A DNA stretch of 64,000 nucleotides from a virus. The notes beneath the pieces were generated by a model. The model was not told the origin of the DNA. It made no database searches and saw nothing but the letters and a program-made list of their open reading frames with translations. The DNA lies in IMG/VR virus record IMGVR_UViG_3300049733_000058, positions 4,532 to 68,531 of that record; one strand, given 5' to 3'. Positions 45,305 to 55,240 of the stretch are shown here, piece by piece; the first letter of the stretch is position 1; each line of letters starts with the position of its first letter. Made by a program: the position numbers and the translations under genes.

Positions 45305-47063
45305 TGAGAAACTCTGGGTGGAGTTTCCATACGATTACAGCCTGGTTCAGAAGGTCAAGTCCATCGGCGGCGCCCGGTACGTCAAGCCCGAAAAGGGAGG
45401 ACCCGCCTGGTCTATGCCTCTGCACCTGGAGACAGCACGGCGTCTGCGGCGTCTCTTCGGCGATGAAATCCGCTTCAGCAACGAACTTGAAGACTGGGGC
45501 AGAGACATCGTCGAATTGGAGGACCGTCTGGTGGCGCTGGCCATGGCCGAGGATGGTGAACTTGACCTGCTGCCCGATGTGCTGCCGGAGATGTACGACA
45601 CCCTGTACCCCTTCCAGCGAGCAGGCATTGCCTTCGGGGTAGAATGTCCCTTCCCCTTAGTTGCTGACCAGCCCGGTCTGGGGAAGACCCGTGAAGCCAT
45701 CGGCATCATCTTCGAAGCGGGCCTGGACTACGGCAAGCATCTGGTCATTGCGCCCAAGACCTCACTGAACACAGTGTGGTTCGAAGAGTTGCGGGAGTTG
45801 CAGCCCTATGCGATCTGGGTGGCGTCGGGCAGTCGGGGTGAGAAGCAGCGGGCCATCGATGAGTTCATGGAATACGACGAGCCCGCTTGGCTGATCACCA
45901 ACCCGGCCACCATCCAGTTCACCAGGGTACGGGGCAAGAAGGATCAATACTTCTCCCAGTTCCCGGCGCTGTTCGACTTCCTGTGGGACAGCATCATCCT
46001 GGACGAATGCCACAAGGCGGGCCTGCGTGACCCCAAATCCATGACGGCCCGTGGTCTGTACGCTCTGCCCCTGACCGAAGGTGGCAAGCGTCTCGCCCTC
46101 AGCGGCACGCCGATGGGTGGCAAGCCCATCAACCTGTGGCCCATTCTGCACTGGTTGGACCCAGAGGAATTCAACAGCCGGTGGGCCTGGGCTGAGCACT
46201 GGTTGCAGATGTACGACAACGGGTGGGGCACGCAGATCGGTGAGGTGAAGCCCGAACTGCAAGAGGAGTTCGACCAGTACATCACCCGCTTCATGCTGCG
46301 GCGCACCAAGTTGGAGGTGTTCAGCGAACTGCCGCCGAAGCAGTACGTGCCGGTGTGGGTGGACATGACCGCCAAGCAGGCGAAGCAGTACAAGGAATTC
46401 GCCCTGGCGGCAGAGGTCAAGATCGAAGAGGACCACCTCACCGCCACCAGCATCCTGGCCGAGTACATGCGGCTGAAGCAGTTTGCCATCTCCTACAGCC
46501 ACATCGAATGGATTGACCGAGCCGAAGGCGTCTACAAGGTAGTGCCGGATGGCTACGAAGACAGTCCGAAACTGGAAGCACTGGAGGAGTTGCTGGAGGA
46601 GCGGGGTGTCTTCGACGAGAAGCAGGACGTGGATGAGCAGATCGTCATCTTCAGCCAGTTCAGTGTGGTGGTGGACTGGATCTGCAAGTGGCTGTACGAA
46701 GCCAAGGGCATTGAGCCGCTACGCATCACAGGCAAGGTGACCGAGGCGGGCAGGCAGGAAGCCACCGGCAAGTTCCAGAACAAGGAGGCCAAGGTCATCG
46801 TTATGACCACAACGGCGGGCGGCGTGGCCATCACCCTGGATGCTGCCGACACCGTCATCTTCATGGACGAAACCTGGGTGCCCGACGACCAGGAGCAAGG
46901 CGAGGACCGCATCCACCGGGTCAGCCGAATTCACCAGGTCACTTGCTACTACATCCGCACCAACGGTACCATTGAGGAATACATCGAGAAGAAAGTACAG
47001 AGGAAACAGAATGTCAACAACATCATCCTCGATCTCCGTCGGGAAGGCCTCCGTGCCCTCTGA
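45270..47063 (+). CDS. SNF2-family helicase/ATPase
   Basis: DQPGLGKT, ILDECH, LSGTP, IFSQF, QGEDRIHR. Confidence 0.93.
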   Translation: MPRTRAKATQRDEKLWVEFPYDYSLVQKVKSIGGARYVKPEKGGPAWSMPLHLETARRLRRLFGDEIRFSNELEDWGRDIVELEDRLVALAMAEDGELDLLPDVLPEMYDTLYPFQRAGIAFGVECPFPLVADQPGLGKTREAIGIIFEAGLDYGKHLVIAPKTSLNTVWFEELRELQPYAIWVASGSRGEKQRAIDEFMEYDEPAWLITNPATIQFTRVRGKKDQYFSQFPALFDFLWDSIILDECHKAGLRDPKSMTARGLYALPLTEGGKRLALSGTPMGGKPINLWPILHWLDPEEFNSRWAWAEHWLQMYDNGWGTQIGEVKPELQEEFDQYITRFMLRRTKLEVFSELPPKQYVPVWVDMTAKQAKQYKEFALAAEVKIEEDHLTATSILAEYMRLKQFAISYSHIEWIDRAEGVYKVVPDGYEDSPKLEALEELLEERGVFDEKQDVDEQIVIFSQFSVVVDWICKWLYEAKGIEPLRITGKVTEAGRQEATGKFQNKEAKVIVMTTTAGGVAITLDAADTVIFMDETWVPDDQEQGEDRIHRVSRIHQVTCYYIRTNGTIEEYIEKKVQRKQNVNNIILDLRREGLRAL

Positions 47064-48069
47064 GCCGCTGTTCGTTGTCCGCACCAGTGAGCGGGTCGAC
47101 TTCACTCGGTGCAGGCAGCGGTGGTGGTGGGCCTACCAAGACAGGCTCAAGCCCATACAGAACGCACCGGCCCTGCGCTTCGGTGACTTGATTCACCAAG
47201 CCCTGGCCGTGTGGTACAAGCCCAGCAAGCCGGGGAAGATCCTGCGGGGCGTCAAGCCCTGGATCACCTTTGACAAGGTGTATCAGCAGCAGTTGGAGGA
47301 CAACCTCAGCGAATTCAACATTCGGCTGGAGGACGAAGAGGAGTGGGTCAATGCCAGGGATCTCGGCAACGAGATGCTGCGTAACTACGTTGATCGGTGG
47401 GGGCGTGACGAACGTTATCGTGTCCTCTCCCCTGAGCAGCCCATCCAGGTTGATCTGTATATGGCTGACGGCAAGTATCTGTGCACTTACGTCGCTCAGT
47501 TGGACGTCGTCGTTCAGGATATGGAAACGCTCCAGTACGGCCTGATGGAACACAAGACCGCAGGCACCATTCGCACTGACCACCTTGACCTGGACGAACA
47601 GGGCGGCACGTACTGGGCAGTGGCGCCGTTCTGGCTGATGGAACGAGGCATCCTCAAGCCGGGGCAGGACTTGGACTTCATCCTGTACAACTTCCTGCGC
47701 AAGCAGAAGAAAGACACCCGCAAGCAAGACGCTGACGGCGCCTACCTGAACTTGGACGGTAGCGTCAGTAAGAAACAGCCTGCCCCACTGTTCCAGCGGG
47801 AGAAGATGTACCGAGGGCAGAACGAGCGCATTGCGCTCCTGCAACGCCTGGAGCAGCAGGTGTTGGAAATGCGGGGCGTAGCCGCTGGTGAGATCGACTG
47901 CTACAAGACGATCCTAGGTGGTTGCCGTGGAATGTTTGGCTGCGCCTACCGGGATATGTGCGTTGTCCACGAATCCAACGGCGACTGGGAGGCGGTCCGA
48001 GACGCTACAATGTCAACGTGGGACCCATACTCAGCACATGAACTAGAACAGGAGAAGGACAGTGGCTAA
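47053..48069 (+). CDS. Cas4/RecB-like PD-(D/E)xK exonuclease
   Basis: FTRCRQRWWW, LRFGDLIH, QLD...MEHKT, C-terminal C...C...C; GTG start at 47053. Confidence 0.85.
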   Translation: MPSEPLFVVRTSERVDFTRCRQRWWWAYQDRLKPIQNAPALRFGDLIHQALAVWYKPSKPGKILRGVKPWITFDKVYQQQLEDNLSEFNIRLEDEEEWVNARDLGNEMLRNYVDRWGRDERYRVLSPEQPIQVDLYMADGKYLCTYVAQLDVVVQDMETLQYGLMEHKTAGTIRTDHLDLDEQGGTYWAVAPFWLMERGILKPGQDLDFILYNFLRKQKKDTRKQDADGAYLNLDGSVSKKQPAPLFQREKMYRGQNERIALLQRLEQQVLEMRGVAAGEIDCYKTILGGCRGMFGCAYRDMCVVHESNGDWEAVRDATMSTWDPYSAHELEQEKDSG

Positions 48070-48895
48070 CCGACCATCAGCGATTGTTCCTGTCACAAAG
48101 ATCGAGAGTCCATTCGCACGTGTCCTGATCTACGGCGACCCCGGCTGTGGAAAGACACCCCTGGTGGGTACGTCACCCCGTGGGCTCATCCTCAGCGCCG
48201 ACCCCTACGGCACCATCAGCGCCGCCCTGACGGGCAGCAAGTGTGACCGCTGGGACGTGCGAGACCACAACGATCTGGACGAGGCGTACCAGTTCTTCCG
48301 GCACGGGGGCTGCGACGACTATTCCTGGGTGTGGCTGGACAGCGTCACGTTGTTCGAAGAACGTGGCTTGGACAGCATCATGGAAGACCTGATTAGCAGT
48401 GGCAAGACCCATCGCAAGGTGTACCTTCCCGACCGCCCGGAGTACGGGCAGAACCAGAACAGGATCAAACTGTGGGTGCGGGGCATGGTGGACCTGCCCA
48501 TCAACTTCGGGCTGACGGCGCACATCATGCGAGTGGAGGATGAAGACGGCAACGTCATCATGAAGCCCTCAATCCAGGGCGTACAGGGCAAAGTGTCAGA
48601 CACGATTTGCGGCTACATGGGCATCGTTGGTTATATGTGGGCCGCTCGCAAGGAGGGGGAAATCCGGCGAGGCTTGCAGGTCTTCAAGGACAGCAAGCGG
48701 GTAGCGAAGGACCGCTACGGTGCCATCCCCAACGGCAAGATGTTCAACCCCACAATTCCGAGACTGGAGGAGTTGATCAGGAAGAAGTTGCCCGAGCCGC
48801 CTACACCTCGAAAGCGCACTGGCGTGAAGCGTGCGGCGCCAGGTAATGTGCAACGTAACCGCACAGCAGCACAACGAAACAGAAGGAGCACTTGA
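48062..48895 (+). CDS. AAA ATPase (Sak4/AAA_24-like)
   Basis: YGDPGCGKT, WLDSVT, AKDRYG; between exonuclease and SSB. Confidence 0.85.
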   Translation: MANRPSAIVPVTKIESPFARVLIYGDPGCGKTPLVGTSPRGLILSADPYGTISAALTGSKCDRWDVRDHNDLDEAYQFFRHGGCDDYSWVWLDSVTLFEERGLDSIMEDLISSGKTHRKVYLPDRPEYGQNQNRIKLWVRGMVDLPINFGLTAHIMRVEDEDGNVIMKPSIQGVQGKVSDTICGYMGIVGYMWAARKEGEIRRGLQVFKDSKRVAKDRYGAIPNGKMFNPTIPRLEELIRKKLPEPPTPRKRTGVKRAAPGNVQRNRTAAQRNRRST

Positions 48896-48896
48896 A

Positions 48897-49700
48897 ATGG
48901 CAGTCATCAAGTACGATGTCAGTGAGTCCGACCCCGGCTCAGCCAAGGGTGGGGCGCAGTCCGTACCCAAGCGGGGCGTGAAGGTAGTCAAGATCGAGTA
49001 CATCAAGGACCGGCGCCCGGAGAAGAACGACTTCGAAGTCAAGGCCACCATCGCCCAGGGGGACAACAAGAACTACCCCTACTGGGACTACATCAACTTC
49101 GGTGAGTCCAGCGTGTGGAAGATGGACCAGTTCCTCATGGCCATCGGCGTGGCCGATGCAGACAGCAAGCGCAAGGGGCAGTTCGACCCGGCCAAGCAGA
49201 AGGGCAAGTTGGTCAAGGTCGACACCAAGGTGGAGAACGACGACGACGGCGAGCCGGTGCGCAGCAAGATCCGGGCGTGGCTGGGCATGGCCGACGACAG
49301 CGACGACGAGAACGACGACGATATGTCGGATGACGACAACGACTCCGACACTTCTGACGACGAGAACACCGAGGATTCCGACTCCGACAGCGACACCGAA
49401 GACGGTGACGACTACGACGGTTGGGAACTGTCGGATCTCCGGGCCGAGTTGAAGGACCGTGGGTTGGACACCAAGGGCGGCAAGTCCGTGCTGATCACCC
49501 GCCTGCGGGAAGACGACGGCGCCAGCGACGAGAGCGGGAACGGCGACGAAGATGACGCCGACCGGGACTACGACAACTGGGACGCCGCCGACATCAAGGC
49601 CGAACTCAAGGAGCGAGGCCTGAACGCAAGTGGTCGCCTGCCCACCCTGATCCAGCGGCTGAAGGATTCCGACGGCCAGGAATCAGCGTTCGACTCGTAG
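48897..49700 (+). CDS. ssDNA-binding protein (DUF669-like) with acidic linker and two SAP-like domains
   Basis: N-terminal OB-like region; Asp-rich linker; LSDLRAELKDRGLDTKGGKSVLITRL and ADIKAELKERGLNASGRLPTLIQRL. Confidence 0.75.
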   Translation: MAVIKYDVSESDPGSAKGGAQSVPKRGVKVVKIEYIKDRRPEKNDFEVKATIAQGDNKNYPYWDYINFGESSVWKMDQFLMAIGVADADSKRKGQFDPAKQKGKLVKVDTKVENDDDGEPVRSKIRAWLGMADDSDDENDDDMSDDDNDSDTSDDENTEDSDSDSDTEDGDDYDGWELSDLRAELKDRGLDTKGGKSVLITRLREDDGASDESGNGDEDDADRDYDNWDAADIKAELKERGLNASGRLPTLIQRLKDSDGQESAFDS

Positions 49701-49841
49701 TTCTAACCCCTCGGGTGGACGCCGCCCCGTGCGCCATCCGCCAGTCACGGATAAGCGGTAGGAGGGGTTAGCCGGGGCTGCCCTGTGAGTGCATCTCGCC
49801 CCTCGCCTGGTGCGCTCCGGGGTGGCCCCGCTACGTTGTCG
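49691..49841 (+). ncRNA. candidate structured intergenic RNA
   Basis: Stems 49703-12/49762-71, 49773-83/49820-30 and 49787-95/49809-17 with several G-U pairs; shares ACGCCGCCCCGT with 36488-36499. Confidence 0.5.
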
Positions 49842-49871
49842 GGTCAACTTGTACAGAGGAGCATAGAAATC

Positions 49872-50174
49872 ATGTCTACGGCGAGCATACAACATCTGTC
49901 GCCAGAGGAATTCTACCGCACCTCGAACATGGCGCTTGTGGCCTTCTTGAAGATGCAGGGCCACGCAGCACAGACGGTTCGTTGGGAAGGGGAATCCTGC
50001 TACTGGTACTTCGACAAATCGGATCCGCTGCTGGATGTAGTGGATACCTACATGTCAGGAGACGCTTTAGTGGAACCTCGTGAGTACAACCGTGTATTCG
50101 GACTGACCAAGAAGGAGTTGGCAACGGACGACGCCCCTGAGCGATTTCACCATGACCAACAGCGTTCTGCCTGA
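49872..50174 (+). CDS. DUF5659-like small protein
   Basis: FYRTSNMALVAFL...YWYF...ALVEPREY; AGGAG RBS. Confidence 0.6.
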   Translation: MSTASIQHLSPEEFYRTSNMALVAFLKMQGHAAQTVRWEGESCYWYFDKSDPLLDVVDTYMSGDALVEPREYNRVFGLTKKELATDDAPERFHHDQQRSA

Positions 50175-50201
50175 CCGCTAACTACATTCAGGGGGTTAGC
50201 G

Positions 50202-53018
50202 GTGAAGGTAGGCCCGCAGACGATTGCCGTCCTTGAGCCTTACCTAGAAGACCAAGGACCAAACAGTTCAAATGAGTGGGGCATGCATTGCCCCTACCAT
50301 GACGACAGCAAACGCTCGGCTTCACTCAACGTGGAGAAGGGCGTCTTCTATTGCCAGGTGTGTGACCGGGGTGCTACGGCACGGGAGGTCGCCCAGGCAA
50401 TCAAAGATGGGAAGGTGCTGAATGAACGTAGCGTATCGAAAGGTCCCGCTGCGAGAGGGAACGGCAAAGAGAACAGTCCCCTTAGTGAAGCACGAGTGCC
50501 AGGTTGGGCGTCTGCACTGCTGGGCAATTCTGACGCCCTCGAGAAGTTTCAGCAGAGGCGGGGTATCGATCGATCGATCATCGAGGCTTACAGCATCGGG
50601 TGGGACAGAACGAACAGAGCGTACACTATTCCGATTCAAGACGAGCAGGGCACGCTCATCAATGTCCGACGTTATTCACTCGATCCAGGTGACCGTCGGA
50701 AGATTTGGTCGGTTAACGGGCATGGATCTCCGACTCTCTATCCGATTGAGGGATGGGAGCACTGGGGAAAGCAAGTCATCATCTGCGAAGGAGAATGGGA
50801 CGCCCTCTTCACAACGCAGCAAGGCTTCGACTGTGTGACCCGCACCGGGGCAGCCAAGGTGTGGAAGCCCGAGTGGAACCACTACTTCATCGGGAAGGAT
50901 GTATTCATCTGCCACGACATGGATACGGCGGGGCAAGAGGCCAACCAGGTCGTAGCGGAGAGCCTGGCTCAGACGGTGGGCATACCCAGCATCCGCATCG
51001 TCACGCTGCCCTACCCGGTGGAGCCCAAGGATGGAAAGGACCTGACCAACTACTGGTTGGATGGCTACAAGGCCAGCGACTTCTCTCTGCTGATGGCGGG
51101 CGCCACCCATTACCAGCAGCAAGGGGAGGCCGAGCAAGAGATCATTGACCTGGAAGACGTCACGGTCCTGGACAGTTTCGACCCTGCCAACATGGGCAAG
51201 CGGTTGCGGATGAAGGTGACCATCGTCGGCAAGGCCACCAACAACTACATTCTGCCGCACGTCATCGACATGCACTGTGACCAGAAGGCGGGCAGTAAGT
51301 GCCAGACCTGTTGCATGGGTCCGGAAGCCGCCCTGCACAACGGGCAGTACACCATGGAGATTCCAGCGGAAGACCCCATCCTGTTGGAGTTCCAGAACAG
51401 CAGCAACAATCAGGTGGCTGACTTGTTGCGCCAGCGGTTGGGCGCCGAGAAGTGCAACCGTTTGGAGAAGGACGGGCTGAAGTTCCACAGTGTTGACGAG
51501 ATCTACGTGCGGCCCAGTGTGGACATCAGTAGCAGTGCACGGGTGGACCACGTCAAGCGCAGATTCACAGTGGTGAACCAGCACGCCATCATGCCCAACA
51601 ACACCGTGGAAGTTGTGGGCGCCATGTACCCCAATCCACGTTCGCAGTACAACGAGTTCCTGGCGTGGGAGTTGCAATCCACGTTGACCAGTGTTGATCA
51701 CTTCGAAGTCACGGAGCAGGCCAAGCGCCACCTGCGTCGGTTCCAACCCCGTGAGGGTCAGACCCCGTTGGCCAAGGCGTTGAGCATTGCCCACGACCTC
51801 GGCGAGAACGTCACGCATATCTATGACCGTGACGATATGCACGTCTTCTTTGATCTGATCTACCACAGCGTTCTGATGTTCACGTTCTCAGGGCGCATGG
51901 TAGAGAAGGGCTGGCTGGAGGGCCTGATCGTTGGCGACACTCGCACGGGCAAGTCAGAAGTCGGCAAGGTTCTGACTCGCTACTACGGTGCTGGAGAATT
52001 CGTCAACGGTGAAGCAGCCAGCGTGGCCGGTATCCTGGGTGGTGTCCAGCAAATTGGCAGAGACTGGATCATCACCTGGGGTGCCGTGCCACTGAACGAC
52101 CGGCGCCTGGTGGTGCTGGACGAGGTCAGCGGTTTGGAACTACCGCAGTTGGCGCAGTTGTCCGCCATGCGCTCCAGTGGTGAGGCGCAGATCACGAAGA
52201 TTGTTTCAGAGTCAACCCCGGCCCGCACTCGGGCAGTATGGATGGGCAACGCTCGCAATGGACGGCCCATGAGTGACTTCACCTACGGGGTGCAGGCCAT
52301 CCGTCCGTTGATCGGCAACAACGAAGATGTGGCCCGATTCGACATCGCCATGACCGTCTCCGAAGTAGATGTGCCGACCGAGGTCATCAACGAGCGGAAG
52401 AACGAGAACACGTCCAGCCGGAGGTACCCCTCTGCCGCCTGCCGCACTGCCGTGAACTGGGCGTGGACCCGCAGGGCTGAACACGTCAAGTGGGCACCCG
52501 GTGCTGAGGACGCCGTGCTGGCGGCTGCGTCAGCCATGGGTGGGCTATACCACAGCGACCCACCACTGGTGCAGGCAGCCAACGTCAGGTTGAAATTGGC
52601 CCGCATCGCCGTGGCTCTGGCCTGTCGTACCGTCAGCACGGACAAGGACTTCGAGGTAGTCATCGTCAAGAAGCAGCATATCAAGGATGCCGTGGCATTC
52701 ATGGACATGCTGTACGGGAACCCACGGTTCGGCTACAAGGACGTCAGCGAGGAGAACGTCAAGGACCGGCTGCGGGCGCAGGATGCTCTCGATAAGATCA
52801 AGGCGTACTTGATCAGCAAGCCGGGGTTGAGTAAGTTCCTCCGTGAGTCCGAGGGGCACTTCCGACGGCAGGACCTGGAGGACATTCTGAACTTCTCCAA
52901 GGAGGAGGCCAGCGCCACGGTCAATCGCCTGCACGACGCACGCATGATCCGCCGCACACAAGCCAACATCCATCTCAACAGTGAACTGCAAGAACTCATC
53001 AGGGAGATTGAAGAATGA
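50202..53018 (+). CDS. primase-helicase (CHC2 zinc finger + TOPRIM + MCM-like AAA+)
   Basis: CPYHDD...CQVC; ICEGEWD, CHDMD; GDTRTGKS, VVLDE, ARFD. Confidence 0.9.
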   Translation: MKVGPQTIAVLEPYLEDQGPNSSNEWGMHCPYHDDSKRSASLNVEKGVFYCQVCDRGATAREVAQAIKDGKVLNERSVSKGPAARGNGKENSPLSEARVPGWASALLGNSDALEKFQQRRGIDRSIIEAYSIGWDRTNRAYTIPIQDEQGTLINVRRYSLDPGDRRKIWSVNGHGSPTLYPIEGWEHWGKQVIICEGEWDALFTTQQGFDCVTRTGAAKVWKPEWNHYFIGKDVFICHDMDTAGQEANQVVAESLAQTVGIPSIRIVTLPYPVEPKDGKDLTNYWLDGYKASDFSLLMAGATHYQQQGEAEQEIIDLEDVTVLDSFDPANMGKRLRMKVTIVGKATNNYILPHVIDMHCDQKAGSKCQTCCMGPEAALHNGQYTMEIPAEDPILLEFQNSSNNQVADLLRQRLGAEKCNRLEKDGLKFHSVDEIYVRPSVDISSSARVDHVKRRFTVVNQHAIMPNNTVEVVGAMYPNPRSQYNEFLAWELQSTLTSVDHFEVTEQAKRHLRRFQPREGQTPLAKALSIAHDLGENVTHIYDRDDMHVFFDLIYHSVLMFTFSGRMVEKGWLEGLIVGDTRTGKSEVGKVLTRYYGAGEFVNGEAASVAGILGGVQQIGRDWIITWGAVPLNDRRLVVLDEVSGLELPQLAQLSAMRSSGEAQITKIVSESTPARTRAVWMGNARNGRPMSDFTYGVQAIRPLIGNNEDVARFDIAMTVSEVDVPTEVINERKNENTSSRRYPSAACRTAVNWAWTRRAEHVKWAPGAEDAVLAAASAMGGLYHSDPPLVQAANVRLKLARIAVALACRTVSTDKDFEVVIVKKQHIKDAVAFMDMLYGNPRFGYKDVSEENVKDRLRAQDALDKIKAYLISKPGLSKFLRESEGHFRRQDLEDILNFSKEEASATVNRLHDARMIRRTQANIHLNSELQELIREIEE

Positions 53019-53098
53019 CAGATCATAGATATGGCGCTCTTAACCCCCGGTGGAAGGGCGGTAGTTCACAGCGTGGTTCGGACGGGAGGTTCATCTGA
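53015..53098 (+). CDS. 27-aa micro-ORF, possible HNH endonuclease remnant
   Basis: MTDHRYGALNPRWKGGSSQRGSDGRFI; ATGA and TGATG coupling at both ends. Confidence 0.45.
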   Translation: MTDHRYGALNPRWKGGSSQRGSDGRFI

Positions 53099-53835
53099 TG
53101 GTTTCAGCGGCGATACTCGGTTGTGGGCCTGCCGGGTTACTGGCGGCGGATGCCTGCGCCCTCATGGGGATCGAATTCACCATCTACACTGACGACATCA
53201 AACCCAGTCGCATTGGTGGGGCACAGTTCTTGCACCGGCACATTCCGTATCTCAACACCATGGAGCCGGAGGCACTGGCTGAGTTCCGACACATGGGCAC
53301 GGCGGCGGGCTACGCCAAGAAGGTCTACGGCGATCCCTTTGCTGAGACCAGTTGGGAGGCCTACCCCACGGGCCTGGTTCCCATATGGTCCATGCAGAAA
53401 GCCTACGACCTCTTGTTTCGTAGGTACCGCAGTCACATGATCAAGCGGGAGATCGACATTGCGGCGCTGTACCGACTGAAAGAAAACTGGATCTTCAGTT
53501 GCATCCCGGCGCCTGCCCTGTGCGAAGATCACCCTCGGTGCCAGTTCGTCAGGCAGGACGTGTGGATCGTGGACGCCCCTGCCGCCCAGGAACACACCGT
53601 GGTCTACAACGGCTACGACGGGTTCAGTTGGTATCGGTACAGCAGTCTGTTCGGCAATGCGTTCTATGAATATCCCATGCCGAGGACAGGTAGTTTCAAG
53701 ATCAGCAAGCCGCTCCGTACCACCTGCCCCGGTCCTGACCGGCCTGGGCTGTACCGGCTCGGGCGCTACGGCGCCTGGGAGAAGAAGGCTCTCATCCACC
53801 ACGCTTACGAAAAGACTCTGGAGGTCATCGGGTGA
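53098..53835 (+). CDS. FAD/NAD(P)-binding oxidoreductase (UDP-galactopyranose-mutase-like)
   Basis: AILGCGPAGLLAA Rossmann motif, GAQFLH, C-terminal LGRYGAW. Confidence 0.7.
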   Translation: MVSAAILGCGPAGLLAADACALMGIEFTIYTDDIKPSRIGGAQFLHRHIPYLNTMEPEALAEFRHMGTAAGYAKKVYGDPFAETSWEAYPTGLVPIWSMQKAYDLLFRRYRSHMIKREIDIAALYRLKENWIFSCIPAPALCEDHPRCQFVRQDVWIVDAPAAQEHTVVYNGYDGFSWYRYSSLFGNAFYEYPMPRTGSFKISKPLRTTCPGPDRPGLYRLGRYGAWEKKALIHHAYEKTLEVIG

Positions 53836-54461
53836 AGTGCACCGAGTGCAGCCGCATTGTGGAGCCAGTGGTCGCCATAGATATTGACGGCGTGCTGGCC
53901 GAGTACCACGAACATCTTCTGACCTTCATGGACGGGTACTTCGGTCGCACCATGCAGCGAGGGTGGAACGGCAGTGGTGACTGGGAGGACTACCTCAACT
54001 TGGATTCCAAGTCATACCGAGAAGCCAAGTTGGCCTTCCGCCAAGGCGGGATGAAGCGCACCATGCCCAACATGCCCGGTGCGTTCAGCATCGTGTACAT
54101 GGCGGTGGCTCGTGGGGCAGAGGTGTGGATCACCACCACCCGACCGTGGAACCGCCTGGACAGTGTGGACCCGGATACCCAGGAGTGGTTGCGTCGCAAC
54201 CATATCGACTACAGCCACCTTCTGTACGACGACCACAAGTACACCCGCCTGGCGCAGATCGTGCAGCCAGACCGGGTGGTGTTCGTGCTGGACGACCTTC
54301 CGGAGCAATGGGTCAGTGCAGAAGCGATGTTTCCAGGACGAGCCTTCTTGCTGACCCGACCGCACAACCTGGCAGCGGGCGAGAAGCCACGCCGTGTGGC
54401 AGACTTGGGTGCAGCACAGCAGCACATGATTCGTAATATCGAGACTTGGAGGGACATGTGA
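53832..54461 (+). CDS. HAD-family phosphatase (5'-nucleotidase-like)
   Basis: AIDIDGVL, ITTTRP, K, VLDD. Confidence 0.85.
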   Translation: MKCTECSRIVEPVVAIDIDGVLAEYHEHLLTFMDGYFGRTMQRGWNGSGDWEDYLNLDSKSYREAKLAFRQGGMKRTMPNMPGAFSIVYMAVARGAEVWITTTRPWNRLDSVDPDTQEWLRRNHIDYSHLLYDDHKYTRLAQIVQPDRVVFVLDDLPEQWVSAEAMFPGRAFLLTRPHNLAAGEKPRRVADLGAAQQHMIRNIETWRDM

Positions 54462-55240
54462 AAGAGCGCATCAGTACGTCATATCTGGACAAGGTCAAAC
54501 ACAACTTCGGAGACCAGGCAGTGCTGCCGTACACCCATCTCCGTGCGGCGCTGGTGGTAGGCACCGACCGGCACCGCAGCATCGGGCGGGCCGTGGTTCA
54601 AGAACTCTCCCGCTCTGGCATGAAGGACGTGTGGGCGCCAGGCAAGAAGGACTTCAATGTGCTGTCTCCGGCGCAGATGAAGAACTGGCTGTGGAACCAC
54701 GACTTCATCGATACGCTGGTGTTGTGTCAGGGGTACACCCACCTGGCTTGGTTCGAAGACCAGATGCCGGATGACCTGGTTAAGCAAGTGGAAGTCAACC
54801 TGACGGGCACCATGCATGCCCTCAGTGCATTCGTCAACCGCACCATGAGCGAGCGGCACACTCGGAAGACGATCGTGTGTGTGGGCAGTATGGCTCACAA
54901 CCATGTGCTGAACGCCAGTGCGGCGTACTGCGCCAGCAAGGCGGGGGTGGCGCATCTCGTTCGATGCTTGGGCCACGAGTTGACGCCCAAGGGTTTCTAC
55001 ATCTACGGGGTTCACCCCGGCAACGTGCAGGGAACACCCATGGCCGAGGACACCATTCAGGGCATCGTGGAATACCGGCACGTTGAGCATGATGTTGCGC
55101 AGGAGTACTGGGCCAGTGGTCTCCTGATGCCACGCTTCTTGAGGGCGGAGGACGTGGCTACCACCATTCGCAACCTTGTGCTGAGCGACAACGGTTATCA
55201 GTCCGGCACGAACATCGAGTTGTCTGGAGGAATGAGGTGA
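54458..55240 (+). CDS. short-chain dehydrogenase/reductase
   Basis: VVGT...SIG, VNLTG, GS, YCASK (YxxxK), VHPG. Confidence 0.9.
   Translation: MKERISTSYLDKVKHNFGDQAVLPYTHLRAALVVGTDRHRSIGRAVVQELSRSGMKDVWAPGKKDFNVLSPAQMKNWLWNHDFIDTLVLCQGYTHLAWFEDQMPDDLVKQVEVNLTGTMHALSAFVNRTMSERHTRKTIVCVGSMAHNHVLNASAAYCASKAGVAHLVRCLGHELTPKGFYIYGVHPGNVQGTPMAEDTIQGIVEYRHVEHDVAQEYWASGLLMPRFLRAEDVATTIRNLVLSDNGYQSGTNIELSGGMR

Noticed and set aside
49713-49761. HDV-like/theta ribozyme
   Set aside because: No P2 strand between P1 and P3, no GG for P1.1 and no clear catalytic C
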